This document shows, in pieces, positions 17,961 through 26,173 of a stretch of 45,140 nucleotides of DNA. Source of the stretch: a virus. Taxonomy: Duplodnaviria; Caudoviricetes. The notes beneath the pieces were generated by a model. It was not told where the DNA came from and ran no database searches. It was given only the letters and a program-made list of their open reading frames with translations. The stretch is taken from positions 1-45,140 of IMG/VR virus record IMGVR_UViG_3300032242_002100. One strand, written 5' to 3'. Every line of letters begins with the position of its first letter. Position 1 is the first letter of the stretch. Both the position numbers and the translations under genes were made by a program.

Positions 17961-18137
17961 ATGATTATCGAAACAAGCTGCAACAACTTCTACAAAGTCC
18001 GCGAAACAAACAATGCCAACTTGGCTCACGTCTGGTTCGGCATCGAAGTAAAGCGCGTCAAAGGCGAATGGGTTCCAAAAGCAAAAGCCAAAGAAACCCT
18101 GGTTCGCAAAAAAGCCAGCCAGATTATTTCAAACTGA
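17961..18137 (+). CDS. Hypothetical early protein
   Basis: GGAGA SD then ATG; 58 aa; followed by a hairpin. Confidence 0.65.
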   Translation: MIIETSCNNFYKVRETNNANLAHVWFGIEVKRVKGEWVPKAKAKETLVRKKASQIISN

Positions 18138-18141
18138 AAAC

Positions 18142-18157
18142 GGGGGCTTTGGCCCCC
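18142..18157 (+). terminator. Weak terminator / hairpin
   Basis: GGGGGC-TTTG-GCCCCC with no clean U tract on the plus strand. Confidence 0.45.
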
Positions 18158-18184
18158 AATCACTTTAATTTTACGGAGACAAAA

Positions 18185-18520
18185 ATGAAAAACCTTATCG
18201 GACCAAAAGACGTTGTAGCTACAATTAACGATATCCATGATTGGATAATTGACGCTCAAAAAGGCGAAGAAGCGTGTTATTTTATCGGAGAATTATCACG
18301 CGCTCGCATTATTGACCAAAACAATAAAACAATTATTTCCGACAGTGCCAACCATGTTTGGGGGTTACATAAAAAAGGATTGGTTAATTTGGTGCAGAAG
18401 AAAGGCCAAAAAACCGAAACCCTTATGCTCATAAAACACAAAAGCGAAATGGTCGAGAAAATGATCCGATACCATGCTTATCATTACATCATGCAACGTA
18501 CAGATTTGAGGCAGCATTAA
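18185..18520 (+). CDS. Hypothetical protein
   Basis: GGAGA SD; 3' part of ORF 17921-18520. Confidence 0.65.
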   Translation: MKNLIGPKDVVATINDIHDWIIDAQKGEEACYFIGELSRARIIDQNNKTIISDSANHVWGLHKKGLVNLVQKKGQKTETLMLIKHKSEMVEKMIRYHAYHYIMQRTDLRQH

Positions 18521-18521
18521 A

Positions 18522-18743
18522 ATGGATAAAGTTTATTTTGTTACTGCAACGGTTCAAGTTGGCGAAACCCGCAGCCAAAAGACCTTCGCGCTCAAAACCA
18601 AGTCAGACGTTGATAATTTCGCCAAATACGCCATGCGGACTGGCTATTACATCAATCGTGTCACGACGATGCCGTTGATGAATTGGTCTGACGCTTTGGA
18701 TGAGTCGGACCAAGAACTTCTTAAAATTCACGCATTAGCTTGA
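18522..18743 (+). CDS. Hypothetical protein
   Basis: Tight operon packing; GAGG SD. Confidence 0.65.
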   Translation: MDKVYFVTATVQVGETRSQKTFALKTKSDVDNFAKYAMRTGYYINRVTTMPLMNWSDALDESDQELLKIHALA

Positions 18744-18753
18744 GGAGAAAAAT

Positions 18754-19014
18754 ATGCAAGACGTTGAAATGCCAGAACACTTCCAACAAGAAATCTATGG
18801 TTATTCCGATAATCTTCTTGAGGCGGCGTTTGCCCTTTACGGGGCGTACAAAGATCAATTTGATGACCAAACAGCCGTCATGAAGACCATCGCCCACCTA
18901 CTGAGTTGCGCCATGGGGATGTCCGCCATCACCATGACACGCGAAATGGCGCACGATTTTATGGCGACGCTTTTGGAAAGCAGCAGGGAGAAATCAAATG
19001 ATATCGCAAAATGA
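18754..19014 (+). CDS. Hypothetical protein
   Basis: GAGGAG SD; 86 aa. Confidence 0.7.
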   Translation: MQDVEMPEHFQQEIYGYSDNLLEAAFALYGAYKDQFDDQTAVMKTIAHLLSCAMGMSAITMTREMAHDFMATLLESSREKSNDIAK

Positions 19015-19219
19015 TATCACTGAAATTCTTTTGGCAATGCCTGACGAACCGACGTTCAACGAGTATTGTTTTTCCAAAAACCCACGGCTGTGGGCATTGT
19101 GGTGCAAGGTTCGCAACAGGCAGCCGACACCGAGTTATGTATGGACTGAAGGCGACGTTGTCGTCTCTTTGGATAAAATGATTGAGGAATATGATGAAGC
19201 TGGAAAACGAACTGCGTGA
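18998..19219 (+). CDS. Hypothetical protein
   Basis: GGGAG SD; short overlap with the upstream gene. Confidence 0.6.
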   Translation: MISQNDITEILLAMPDEPTFNEYCFSKNPRLWALWCKVRNRQPTPSYVWTEGDVVVSLDKMIEEYDEAGKRTA

Positions 19220-19406
19220 TTTCCTTAATAAACACGAAATGACGGTTGAGGATCTGGCGACCATTATGGGCAAAACCCGACGCACAATTCACAATTGGCT
19301 GATGACGCCGGAGTTGATGCCGATGTCAGCCAAACTGGTCATCAGATCCATTAACAAGGGCGACATGAAAATTGACTGGGTAGCCAAACAGTTGGTCAGT
19401 CAGTGA
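19191..19406 (+). CDS. XRE/Cro-type HTH protein
   Basis: MTVEDLATIMGKTRRTIHNW HTH; GAGG SD. Confidence 0.8.
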   Translation: MMKLENELRDFLNKHEMTVEDLATIMGKTRRTIHNWLMTPELMPMSAKLVIRSINKGDMKIDWVAKQLVSQ

Positions 19407-19413
19407 GAGGGGG

Positions 19414-19443
19414 AAAATGGAGGCTTTCGGGCCTCCATTTTTT
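19414..19443. terminator. Bidirectional terminator
   Basis: AAAATGGAGGC-TTTCGG-GCCTCCATTTTTT between convergent genes. Confidence 0.85.
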
Positions 19444-20053
19444 AAAACGGTATCTCGTCGCCATTCTCCCACCGAAATACCATCTCGTCGTCAATACCCA
19501 CAGATGACGTTTTAATGGCCGTCAGCGGGTCTCCAATAGCTGACCGAACCTTCGTGACCGAAATGCCTGAAAACGCCTCCTTGGCCTTCGCTAAGGCTGG
19601 GAAGCCCTCAATCAGACGACCGATCTCTTCCAACAAGAAAACCGCAGTCGTTCGCCCCTCAACTATGACGTGCCGTGCGTCGGCGTTTGTCCGTACAATC
19701 GCGACCACTTTGCCGCTTGGCGTCGTCACCTCCCAAACTTCGGGCGGCAGGGTTTTTGCGCCAGTTTCCTCGGCTGCCTTGTCCGCAGCTCTCCAAGCCT
19801 TGATCATGCGGCGTGACTCCTGCCGGACCTCCTCAAGGTCGCCGTGGTAAATGGCTTGATTGAACAGGTAACGCTGGCGGTCAAACTTCTCGCGGAGTTC
19901 TTTCGGGACCAGCAACCTCAAACGGTCACAGCCCCATTTCTTTTCCATTTCAATGGCGACCAGATCAACCTCGTCAATTTCCTCCTGACCGGCAATGAAT
20001 GTTCCAGGGGTACGGTTCCATGTCGGTGCCTTCTTGTCAGTTGCCTTCGCCAT
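19442..20053 (-). CDS. Hypothetical protein ending in an SSB-like DEIPF tail
   Basis: 203 aa; GGAGG SD. Confidence 0.75.
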   Translation of the reverse strand: MAKATDKKAPTWNRTPGTFIAGQEEIDEVDLVAIEMEKKWGCDRLRLLVPKELREKFDRQRYLFNQAIYHGDLEEVRQESRRMIKAWRAADKAAEETGAKTLPPEVWEVTTPSGKVVAIVRTNADARHVIVEGRTTAVFLLEEIGRLIEGFPALAKAKEAFSGISVTKVRSAIGDPLTAIKTSSVGIDDEMVFRWENGDEIPF

Positions 20054-20336
20054 TGTGTTCCTCCACAGATTTTACGATCCACTCGATAACGTCCGGATGA
20101 TGTACGGACAACAGACCAGCATCCTTGTTCCGCGCCACCCTGTCCCCCTTCACGCCGATCTGCCACAGGTTCTTCGGACCGACCGCGTCACGGTAGAGCT
20201 TCAGGCTGGTCCAACCGTTCTGACACCACGCCGTCACTTTGACCAACACCCACTCGTCTCTTGCCGCAATTTGAACGTCATCCTCACGGACCTTCAACTT
20301 CCTGTTTCCGAATTTTCGGTATCCTTTTTTCGTCAT
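20037..20336 (-). CDS. Hypothetical protein
   Basis: MTKKGYRK start with AGAGGGA SD; 99 aa. Confidence 0.65.
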   Translation of the reverse strand: MTKKGYRKFGNRKLKVREDDVQIAARDEWVLVKVTAWCQNGWTSLKLYRDAVGPKNLWQIGVKGDRVARNKDAGLLSVHHPDVIEWIVKSVEEHNGEGN

Positions 20337-20366
20337 GGCAACTGTCCCTCTTTTCGGTCCTCTTAT

Positions 20367-20433
20367 GGGTGGGGGGGCTCCTACAGAGCCCCACCCCACC
20401 CCTCACTACCTTACTAATGTATAGTAGTGGGGG
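20367..20433. other. Two adjacent imperfect G/C-rich inverted repeats
   Basis: GGGTGGGGGGGCTC-ctaca-GAGCCCCACCCCACCC and CCTCACTAC...GTAGTGGGG. Confidence 0.55.
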
Positions 20434-20481
20434 TTTACTTCCGCATCACTTCCGCACGACTTCCGCATTTTTATTGTTGTT

Positions 20482-20494
20482 TATCAATGGCTTA
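20482..20494 (+). promoter_or_regulatory. IHF consensus site 1
   Basis: TATCAATGGCTTA matches WATCAANNNNTTR; AT tract upstream. Confidence 0.65.
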
Positions 20495-20571
20495 GTTTTT
20501 TGACTTCCGTCACTTCCGTCAACTTCCGTCATACTTCCGCAAATCACTTCCGCATCCACTTCCGCTAACAA

Positions 20572-20584
20572 TATCAATGACTTA
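20572..20584 (+). promoter_or_regulatory. IHF consensus site 2
   Basis: TATCAATGACTTA, exactly 90 bp after site 1. Confidence 0.65.
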
Positions 20585-20656
20585 CAAAATCACTTCCGCA
20601 GACTTCCGTCCGACTTCCGCATCACTTCCGTCATACTTCCGCACGACTTCCGCAGG

Positions 20657-21046
20657 TCATTTTTGGGATCTTCCTCTCTTCTTTTTGGGTGGGTTATCCT
20701 TATGGGCAATGAGCCATTCCCTGAACTCTTTTTGCTGCTGAATGGGCTTTTCGAGCATCTCTTTGACGTCTGGGTCATGGCTTGAAAGGAGCGTGAACCT
20801 GTTCAATATGCCCTGAATAACGAAATATTCGCCCCGCAGAAAGTCGTCCGTTTGCTTTGAATCCTTGACCATTTCCCAATGGTTCATGATCTGGAAAGCA
20901 TGGTTTATGACTTCCCTTATGGCCTGATGCCGTGACGCATTCAGACTTTTGGATTGCTGAAGCAACTTTTTCAGATCGTCAATTTCGGATTTCAGCCAGT
21001 AGTTTTCCCGCAGGAGCTGCTCATTTGTAGGTAGTATTTCTGTCAT
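20657..21046 (-). CDS. Hypothetical coiled-coil protein with a basic C-terminal tail
   Basis: MTEILPTNEQ start with GGAGAGGGG SD; ends PPKKKRGRSQK. Confidence 0.65.
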   Translation of the reverse strand: MTEILPTNEQLLRENYWLKSEIDDLKKLLQQSKSLNASRHQAIREVINHAFQIMNHWEMVKDSKQTDDFLRGEYFVIQGILNRFTLLSSHDPDVKEMLEKPIQQQKEFREWLIAHKDNPPKKKRGRSQK

Positions 21047-21194
21047 TCCCCTCTCCATTACAGCCGCAATGCCACATGAGAACCGACCACATTCCATGCG
21101 TCGGGCCGAGATGTGCGACCATCATCCAACCCAGTCGGTGATACTGCTCAACGTCCTGCCAGCGGACGTATCTGAATAGACCAGTTTGAATCAT
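21021..21194 (-). CDS. Small hypothetical protein (57 aa)
   Basis: Below the ORF-track cutoff; MIQTGLFRYVRWQDVEQYHRLGW...SVLMWHCGC; ATGA overlap with the methylase stop. Confidence 0.65.
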   Translation of the reverse strand: MIQTGLFRYVRWQDVEQYHRLGWMMVAHLGPTHGMWSVLMWHCGCNGEGNDRNTTYK

Positions 21195-22399
21195 GGCAAA
21201 TTGTTTTTAATACGACGACCTATCCACGCCATGACCGGAACCGCCATGCTGTTTCCAAGAGCCTTGTATCGTGGCCCGTCTGCCGCTCCCGGAATGGCCG
21301 TATAATCGTCGGGGAAACCCTGTAGCCGCTCACATTCTCTTGGCGTAAGGCGACGGACGGACATTGATTGCGCCACTGCCGCAAGATTACTTGTTTTGGG
21401 GTGCGCTTTAAGGGTGACGCTTACTTCCGTATTGTCGCCCATCCCGTGCGATCCTTCGTTTGCGTAAAATGACGTTGCAATCGGCTGCGCCACCCCTGCA
21501 TGTTGGCTTGTCGTAAGACTTGCAGTCGTATCTGTGCTGAAATTCATTTGATCAGGCATTGCGTTAACATGAAATGCCACCAAATCCGTAGCATCTTTCC
21601 AGTCACGGGCTTTCATCGCACTGGCTGTGCCGTCATCAGTATATTCGCCGAATGCAACCATACGGGCGGCTATAACCGCATCTGCCTCTACTCTGTCGTT
21701 GCCTGTGCGACTGAAAGGAGGGCCGCCTGTAACAGTGGGGGCAACGCCTTGCCCCTTTTCTCGGCTCGGCGGAGAATCCCGGCGCAAGCCTTCGCGCTCA
21801 AAAAGAACTTCTGCGGGATCAAATTCGTCTCGAGCACTTGCGACAACGAACACACGACGGCGTCGTTGGGCCACTCCGAAATATTGAGCATCGAGAACTC
21901 GCCACGCAACTGATCTTTTCGGTCCCACAACCATACCCGCGTTTGTCCATTTGCCCCCTGTCGGGACGAGTGGGTCATCATTTCCCGCAAGGGCTCCGAG
22001 GAAACATCCGAAGGCATTGTCTTTGACTGAGAGGACGCCTGGGACGTTTTCCCAGACGATGATGGTTCCGTTTCCATCAGATCGAAGATTGTCAATTGCA
22101 TCTGCAAGCCTCACAAATTCCAATGTTAAATTACCACGGTCATCTTCAAGACTGTTACGCAGTCCTGCAACGCTAAACGCCTGACACGGCGTGCCACCGA
22201 CAAGGATGTCTGCGTCCTTGATCCAGTCCTGCTCACGCAAGACGGTAAAATCCCCGTGAAGCGGAACATCCGGATAATGATGCTCCAATACTTTACGGGG
22301 AAATTTATCAATTTCGCTGAATGCCAGCGGAACCCACCCCAAAGGATGCCAAGCGACAGAAGCCGCCTCAATTCCTGAACATACGGATAAATATTTCAT
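21191..22399 (-). CDS. dcm: C5 cytosine DNA methyltransferase
   Basis: SVCSGI (I), GGTPCQ (IV), WENVPG (VI), QRRRRVF (VIII), RLTPRECERLQGFP (IX), ALGNS (X). Confidence 0.95.
   Translation of the reverse strand: MKYLSVCSGIEAASVAWHPLGWVPLAFSEIDKFPRKVLEHHYPDVPLHGDFTVLREQDWIKDADILVGGTPCQAFSVAGLRNSLEDDRGNLTLEFVRLADAIDNLRSDGNGTIIVWENVPGVLSVKDNAFGCFLGALAGNDDPLVPTGGKWTNAGMVVGPKRSVAWRVLDAQYFGVAQRRRRVFVVASARDEFDPAEVLFEREGLRRDSPPSREKGQGVAPTVTGGPPFSRTGNDRVEADAVIAARMVAFGEYTDDGTASAMKARDWKDATDLVAFHVNAMPDQMNFSTDTTASLTTSQHAGVAQPIATSFYANEGSHGMGDNTEVSVTLKAHPKTSNLAAVAQSMSVRRLTPRECERLQGFPDDYTAIPGAADGPRYKALGNSMAVPVMAWIGRRIKNNLP
21688..22101 (-). CDS. Nested alternative-frame ORF resembling the M.EcoHK31I beta polypeptide
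   Basis: GAGG SD 7 nt before the ATG; CSLSQVLE...FFLSAKACAGILRRAEKRGKALPPLLQAAL. Confidence 0.7.
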   Translation of the reverse strand: MQLTIFDLMETEPSSSGKTSQASSQSKTMPSDVSSEPLREMMTHSSRQGANGQTRVWLWDRKDQLRGEFSMLNISEWPNDAVVCSLSQVLETNLIPQKFFLSAKACAGILRRAEKRGKALPPLLQAALLSVAQATTE

Positions 22400-22407
22400 A
22401 TATCACC

Positions 22408-24510
22408 TTAATCTATCGCACCAATAACCCTGTAACCTTTTGCCTTTGACCGAGGGTCGTAGATCGCGATCTCAATCACGCCATTCTTGACCCACGTATC
22501 AATAATTTGTTGTGCAAGCCTGTCCGTCACTTGCGTATATCGCACCATCATGGCGACGGCTGGGAAATTTGAGTTTGGACGACCCCAACCCTTCTTGTCG
22601 TTAAAATCCTGCTGCATCTGAATGAGCGCCGTCCGCAATAACGGCTTCTCAGGCCACTTGGCAGGCGAGTTCGCAGTCACGCTTGACGGGATTGCGACGA
22701 GCGACTCCTTGCCACCGAATTGCCCGATATTGACCTTCTTCATCTCAAACGTCTTATCCCACCCGTCAGGCGCATATTTGATCTTCTGGGCCTTGATGGT
22801 GCCGAAGTCCTCGCCTGACTCGCGCTGAACCATGAGGATGAAGTCGGCGGCACCCTCAAACACCGTAGAACCGCGCAGGTTACCATTTCTCGACGTGTGG
22901 TGAACGCCCATGACCGAACACTTGAATGCCTGCCTGACGGCGTCGCACGCGCCAATAAACAGCGTCATATCTTTCTGAAGGTTTTCGTCAGCGCCAGGCA
23001 GAACACGACTGACCGTATCAATGACAACCATGACCGGCATCTCGGCGATCTTGGCAATATGCCCGACCGTCTTGAGAAGTTTCATAATGTCGTCTTGGTG
23101 CATGAAGTTGATTGACTGCGAAATCAAATAGAACGGAGCCTCATCCGCCTTGACGTTGAAGTGCTGCTCCCACGCCATGATGCGATATTTGATGTCGGCA
23201 AGACCTTCGTTCGTAATGTAGATGACAGGGCCGGACTTCCGGATCTTGAAGCCAAACCAGTCGTCAAGACCGCAAGCAATTGAGAGCGACAAACCTTGCA
23301 CGAGAAATGACTTGCCACCGCCTGGGGCGCCACCCGTCAGACCAAACGAGTTCTCGGCAATGATCTTGTCCACAAGATAGTCTGGGTCTTTCATAGCCTT
23401 GATTTGGCCGACATCCATGTAGCTAAATGCGCCGTCAGGCAGAGGCTCAACCAAAATTTCGCCCGTCTCAGGGTCAAACGAGTATGTTTTGCCATAAACA
23501 GGATCTTCGGCCTTTGCCGGTTCTTCGCGCTTCGATGGCTCCCTCTCGGCGTGCTTCGTGACCTTATCCTCCCACTGAGAATAAGCTGCCCACCACTTCT
23601 TTGAGAACTCCGTAATGCCGCGACATTCCCGCTCAAGAAGTTCGGCATTTGTCATGTTGTGATCAACAAGACGCGACTTGACCTTCCGCTCATAAACAGA
23701 AAATGCGTTGTGCATTTCCTTCTCCATCAACGAGTGGCTCATCATTGGCGCATCTCGACGGAGCGACACAACCGCCGCCCAAATCATCTTTGCCATGTAA
23801 TCTTCGCGGCCATCAACAATTGAACCAAATGGCGTCTTGGCATGCAGTGGTGTTGGTGTGGTGACACTTGTGGTGCCTTCTGGTAAGCGTGTGCTTCCGC
23901 CATGCTCGGCTGCCAGTTTATCAATCTCGTCACACAGCCACTTTGGAGCGACAGCAATTCCGACAGCCCAAGGCTCAAGACCTTCGTCCCACGTGTAAAA
24001 CTTGCCGGACTCGTGGCGCGACGGGGTGAGGACTGCAAAGCCGCCCTGCCCTCTGATGTCAACGCCGATGCTTGTCTTACATGTTGGCGGCGTCCATCCG
24101 TCCGGCGCTTGGAAAATTAACTGCTTGCCGCCGCCGCCCGTCGTTTGGGTTGCCGTCTCAAGTTCAGCCAGATTTGTAGCTACACTTTGTATATACGACC
24201 ACCAGCCACCGGCGTTGCTGTTCTTATACGTATCAAGGTCAATAACGAACTTGCCGCCTGACGCCTTGCCCGTGATGATGCCCATATTGGCGCGGCTGGT
24301 AAACTTGCCGTTCGTGCCATACCACTCGTTGAACGTCTCTTCCGACGTTAACTCGTTTTCGTATTGCCGCCAGTTGACTGCTGGGCGCTTCCACTGTGTT
24401 CCCATTTTGGGAACTTGTGACGGTACAACCTGAATACCCATATCACGATATAGGCGTGCATATTCCGATGGGTCGGCAAAGTCCGGATCAAAATTTTTAA
24501 TAGGGTTCAT
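22408..24510 (-). CDS. Bifunctional prim-pol / RecA-family (AAA_25) helicase
   Basis: NMGIITG, VIDLD, TGGGG, DIRGQGGF at the N-terminus; GAPGGGKS, VVIDT, HHT, RGS in the helicase part. Confidence 0.9.
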   Translation of the reverse strand: MNPIKNFDPDFADPSEYARLYRDMGIQVVPSQVPKMGTQWKRPAVNWRQYENELTSEETFNEWYGTNGKFTSRANMGIITGKASGGKFVIDLDTYKNSNAGGWWSYIQSVATNLAELETATQTTGGGGKQLIFQAPDGWTPPTCKTSIGVDIRGQGGFAVLTPSRHESGKFYTWDEGLEPWAVGIAVAPKWLCDEIDKLAAEHGGSTRLPEGTTSVTTPTPLHAKTPFGSIVDGREDYMAKMIWAAVVSLRRDAPMMSHSLMEKEMHNAFSVYERKVKSRLVDHNMTNAELLERECRGITEFSKKWWAAYSQWEDKVTKHAEREPSKREEPAKAEDPVYGKTYSFDPETGEILVEPLPDGAFSYMDVGQIKAMKDPDYLVDKIIAENSFGLTGGAPGGGKSFLVQGLSLSIACGLDDWFGFKIRKSGPVIYITNEGLADIKYRIMAWEQHFNVKADEAPFYLISQSINFMHQDDIMKLLKTVGHIAKIAEMPVMVVIDTVSRVLPGADENLQKDMTLFIGACDAVRQAFKCSVMGVHHTSRNGNLRGSTVFEGAADFILMVQRESGEDFGTIKAQKIKYAPDGWDKTFEMKKVNIGQFGGKESLVAIPSSVTANSPAKWPEKPLLRTALIQMQQDFNDKKGWGRPNSNFPAVAMMVRYTQVTDRLAQQIIDTWVKNGVIEIAIYDPRSKAKGYRVIGAID

Positions 24511-24568
24511 AATAATTCGCCAATAATTCGCAAAATTCCGGATTCGGGATTTATTCCCCGCGATTTAA

Positions 24569-25024
24569 TTATGTAACAGTTTCATAAGCATATCGGGCCA
24601 GTAGCGCAGCCTCAGCGCGACCGTGATCTTTCTTTCGCGTAAATCCCTGACACTTGGGAAATAGTTGGATGGCAAGTGCGCGAGCATCTTCCTTGTCCGA
24701 CGACAGTTTAAAGTGCTTCTTCCACTTCTGCGGCGTCGATAACCGCAATGGAATATGGTGCGACGCAATAACACCAAGTGCAATACCAAATGCCACGCCG
24801 AACTTGAACGTGCTGGCGACGCCTTGTTTCGGCATGGAATGTACCAATTCAACCATTGCCAGTTCAGGGGCGTATTTATCAATCAAGTCTGAAAGCGCCG
24901 AAGCATTGATCTGATTATCAACAACCGGAACATCATAAACGGATACAAGATTATTCTCAGGAAAGTAGAAAGCGACGGCACCAGACACACCTGGGTCAAG
25001 TCCCATAATCACATCATGTATCAC
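24569..25024 (-). CDS. RuvC-like Holliday junction resolvase
   Basis: GLDPG, VELVHSMPKQGVASTFKFG, PQKWKK, DHGRAEAAL. Confidence 0.85.
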   Translation of the reverse strand: MIHDVIMGLDPGVSGAVAFYFPENNLVSVYDVPVVDNQINASALSDLIDKYAPELAMVELVHSMPKQGVASTFKFGVAFGIALGVIASHHIPLRLSTPQKWKKHFKLSSDKEDARALAIQLFPKCQGFTRKKDHGRAEAALLARYAYETVT

Positions 25025-25212
25025 GCCGCTCTCTCCAATTTTCTTTTATCATGCACAATAAAGTCGTCAGCCGTAATCTTGCCCTTGGACGCCAGAATAA
25101 GATCCAGCCGCCATTTATAAGGGACATGATTACGCTGACGCCACTTTTTGTAGGTAAAATATGGCACGCCAAGAACCTCGGCGACCAACTCGACGAGATC
25201 CCAGTCAATCAT
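25021..25212 (-). CDS. Cro-like HTH protein
   Basis: VAEVLGV...KKWRQRNHVP; coupled start and stop codons. Confidence 0.65.
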   Translation of the reverse strand: MIDWDLVELVAEVLGVPYFTYKKWRQRNHVPYKWRLDLILASKGKITADDFIVHDKRKLERAA

Positions 25213-25442
25213 TACGCGGCACCCTTCGGTGGCAACATTACGTTATAGAATGCAAGGGCGACGCGCTCACGCACATCGTCATCCATCATCTCGGTAATGG
25301 CTGTGCAAAAACCCGCAAAAATATTAAGGATCGTGCCCGCAGGAAGGCCGTTGATCACCTTGCCGATTTCCTCCGCAGCCTTCCGGTCACGTTCGGCAAT
25401 TTTATCTTTAAAACTTGGGCGTAATTCAACAATTTCTGTCAT
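25212..25442 (-). CDS. Hypothetical protein
   Basis: Operon packing; start uncertain (MMTEIVELRP region). Confidence 0.55.
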   Translation of the reverse strand: MTEIVELRPSFKDKIAERDRKAAEEIGKVINGLPAGTILNIFAGFCTAITEMMDDDVRERVALAFYNVMLPPKGAA

Positions 25443-25797
25443 CGTCTTTGTCCTGTACTGGTGAGAAATCAACTTCTATTGGGTATGTTCTTAATGGTGC
25501 GTTTTGAGTTTCATAATCGCCCAAATAACAAAACCAAGGTTTTTCATTGACGTAAAAGTTACCATTTTCGTAAACTTCAACATACAGCTTACGCTTCACT
25601 GGCTTTGCTTCCATAAGGTCGCATGTGCTGACTTGGCTGGACTTCCCATCAAGACGCCACGAATGCTGACACCAACCAAGATCAGGCCAGTAAATAGCAC
25701 CCATAACGCAATATGGCTCAATCCCGTCCAACGCAAATATGCGCGTCTTTAATTGCTTGCCGTAAGTAACGTATTCTTTTCCCTCTTCAACTTTCAT
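25426..25797 (-). CDS. Hypothetical protein
   Basis: 123 aa; GAGGG SD. Confidence 0.65.
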   Translation of the reverse strand: MKVEEGKEYVTYGKQLKTRIFALDGIEPYCVMGAIYWPDLGWCQHSWRLDGKSSQVSTCDLMEAKPVKRKLYVEVYENGNFYVNEKPWFCYLGDYETQNAPLRTYPIEVDFSPVQDKDDDRNC

Positions 25798-25804
25798 CTC
25801 GCCC

Positions 25805-26047
25805 TCACGGTAAATTTAATTGAACAGTTGTAAGATCATTTGCACCAATCTGCGCCAGCGTTGAACTTGCAATGCCTTGCATGATCAATGCCGCGTCAGG
25901 GCTTTCTGTTGGCACGTTCGTAATTTGTGTAAGCGCGTTATCCATAAGATCAATCATTGCGGCAGCATTGTCGCACAAGACGCCGACTTGCGGGTCCGTT
26001 GAGAAACTGCGCCACGATAAGAGTTGTTCAATAATTTGTAATGACAT
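25805..26047 (-). CDS. Hypothetical protein
   Basis: GGAG SD; first gene of the leftward replication operon. Confidence 0.65.
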   Translation of the reverse strand: MSLQIIEQLLSWRSFSTDPQVGVLCDNAAAMIDLMDNALTQITNVPTESPDAALIMQGIASSTLAQIGANDLTTVQLNLP

Positions 26048-26077
26048 TGTGTAACTCCAATTTCAAATCACAAACGT

Positions 26078-26142
26078 AGTTTTGACATTTTGTCCAAATC
26101 TGTCAAGTAGCCCTTGACGAATAATTTGGATGTCGGCATATT
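26078..26142. promoter_or_regulatory. Back-to-back divergent promoters
   Basis: Minus strand TTGACA(26106-26101)-17-AAAACT; plus strand TTGACG(26114)-17-CATATT; both spacers contain ATTTGGA. Confidence 0.55.
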
Positions 26143-26173
26143 CTCAGCATAACTTATTTTGATTGGATTACCT

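Larger units (their letters stand above)
20437..20652. repeat. 15 direct ACTTCCG repeats (3+6+6), putative replication origin
   Basis: Starts at 20437, 20448, 20459; 20503, 20512, 20522, 20533, 20546, 20558; 20592, 20602, 20613, 20624, 20635, 20646. Confidence 0.9.

Noticed and set aside
20437-20652. CRISPR array
   Set aside because: The repeats are 7 bp with 2-6 bp gaps; there are no spacer-length unique sequences and no cas operon
20590-20778. ORF across the repeat array
   Set aside because: Its RKS-repeat translation is a by-product of the DNA repeat, and it overlaps the better-supported 20657-21046 gene
24511-24531. AATAATTCGC direct repeat before the primase start
   Set aside because: Only two copies; could be regulatory but the evidence is insufficient
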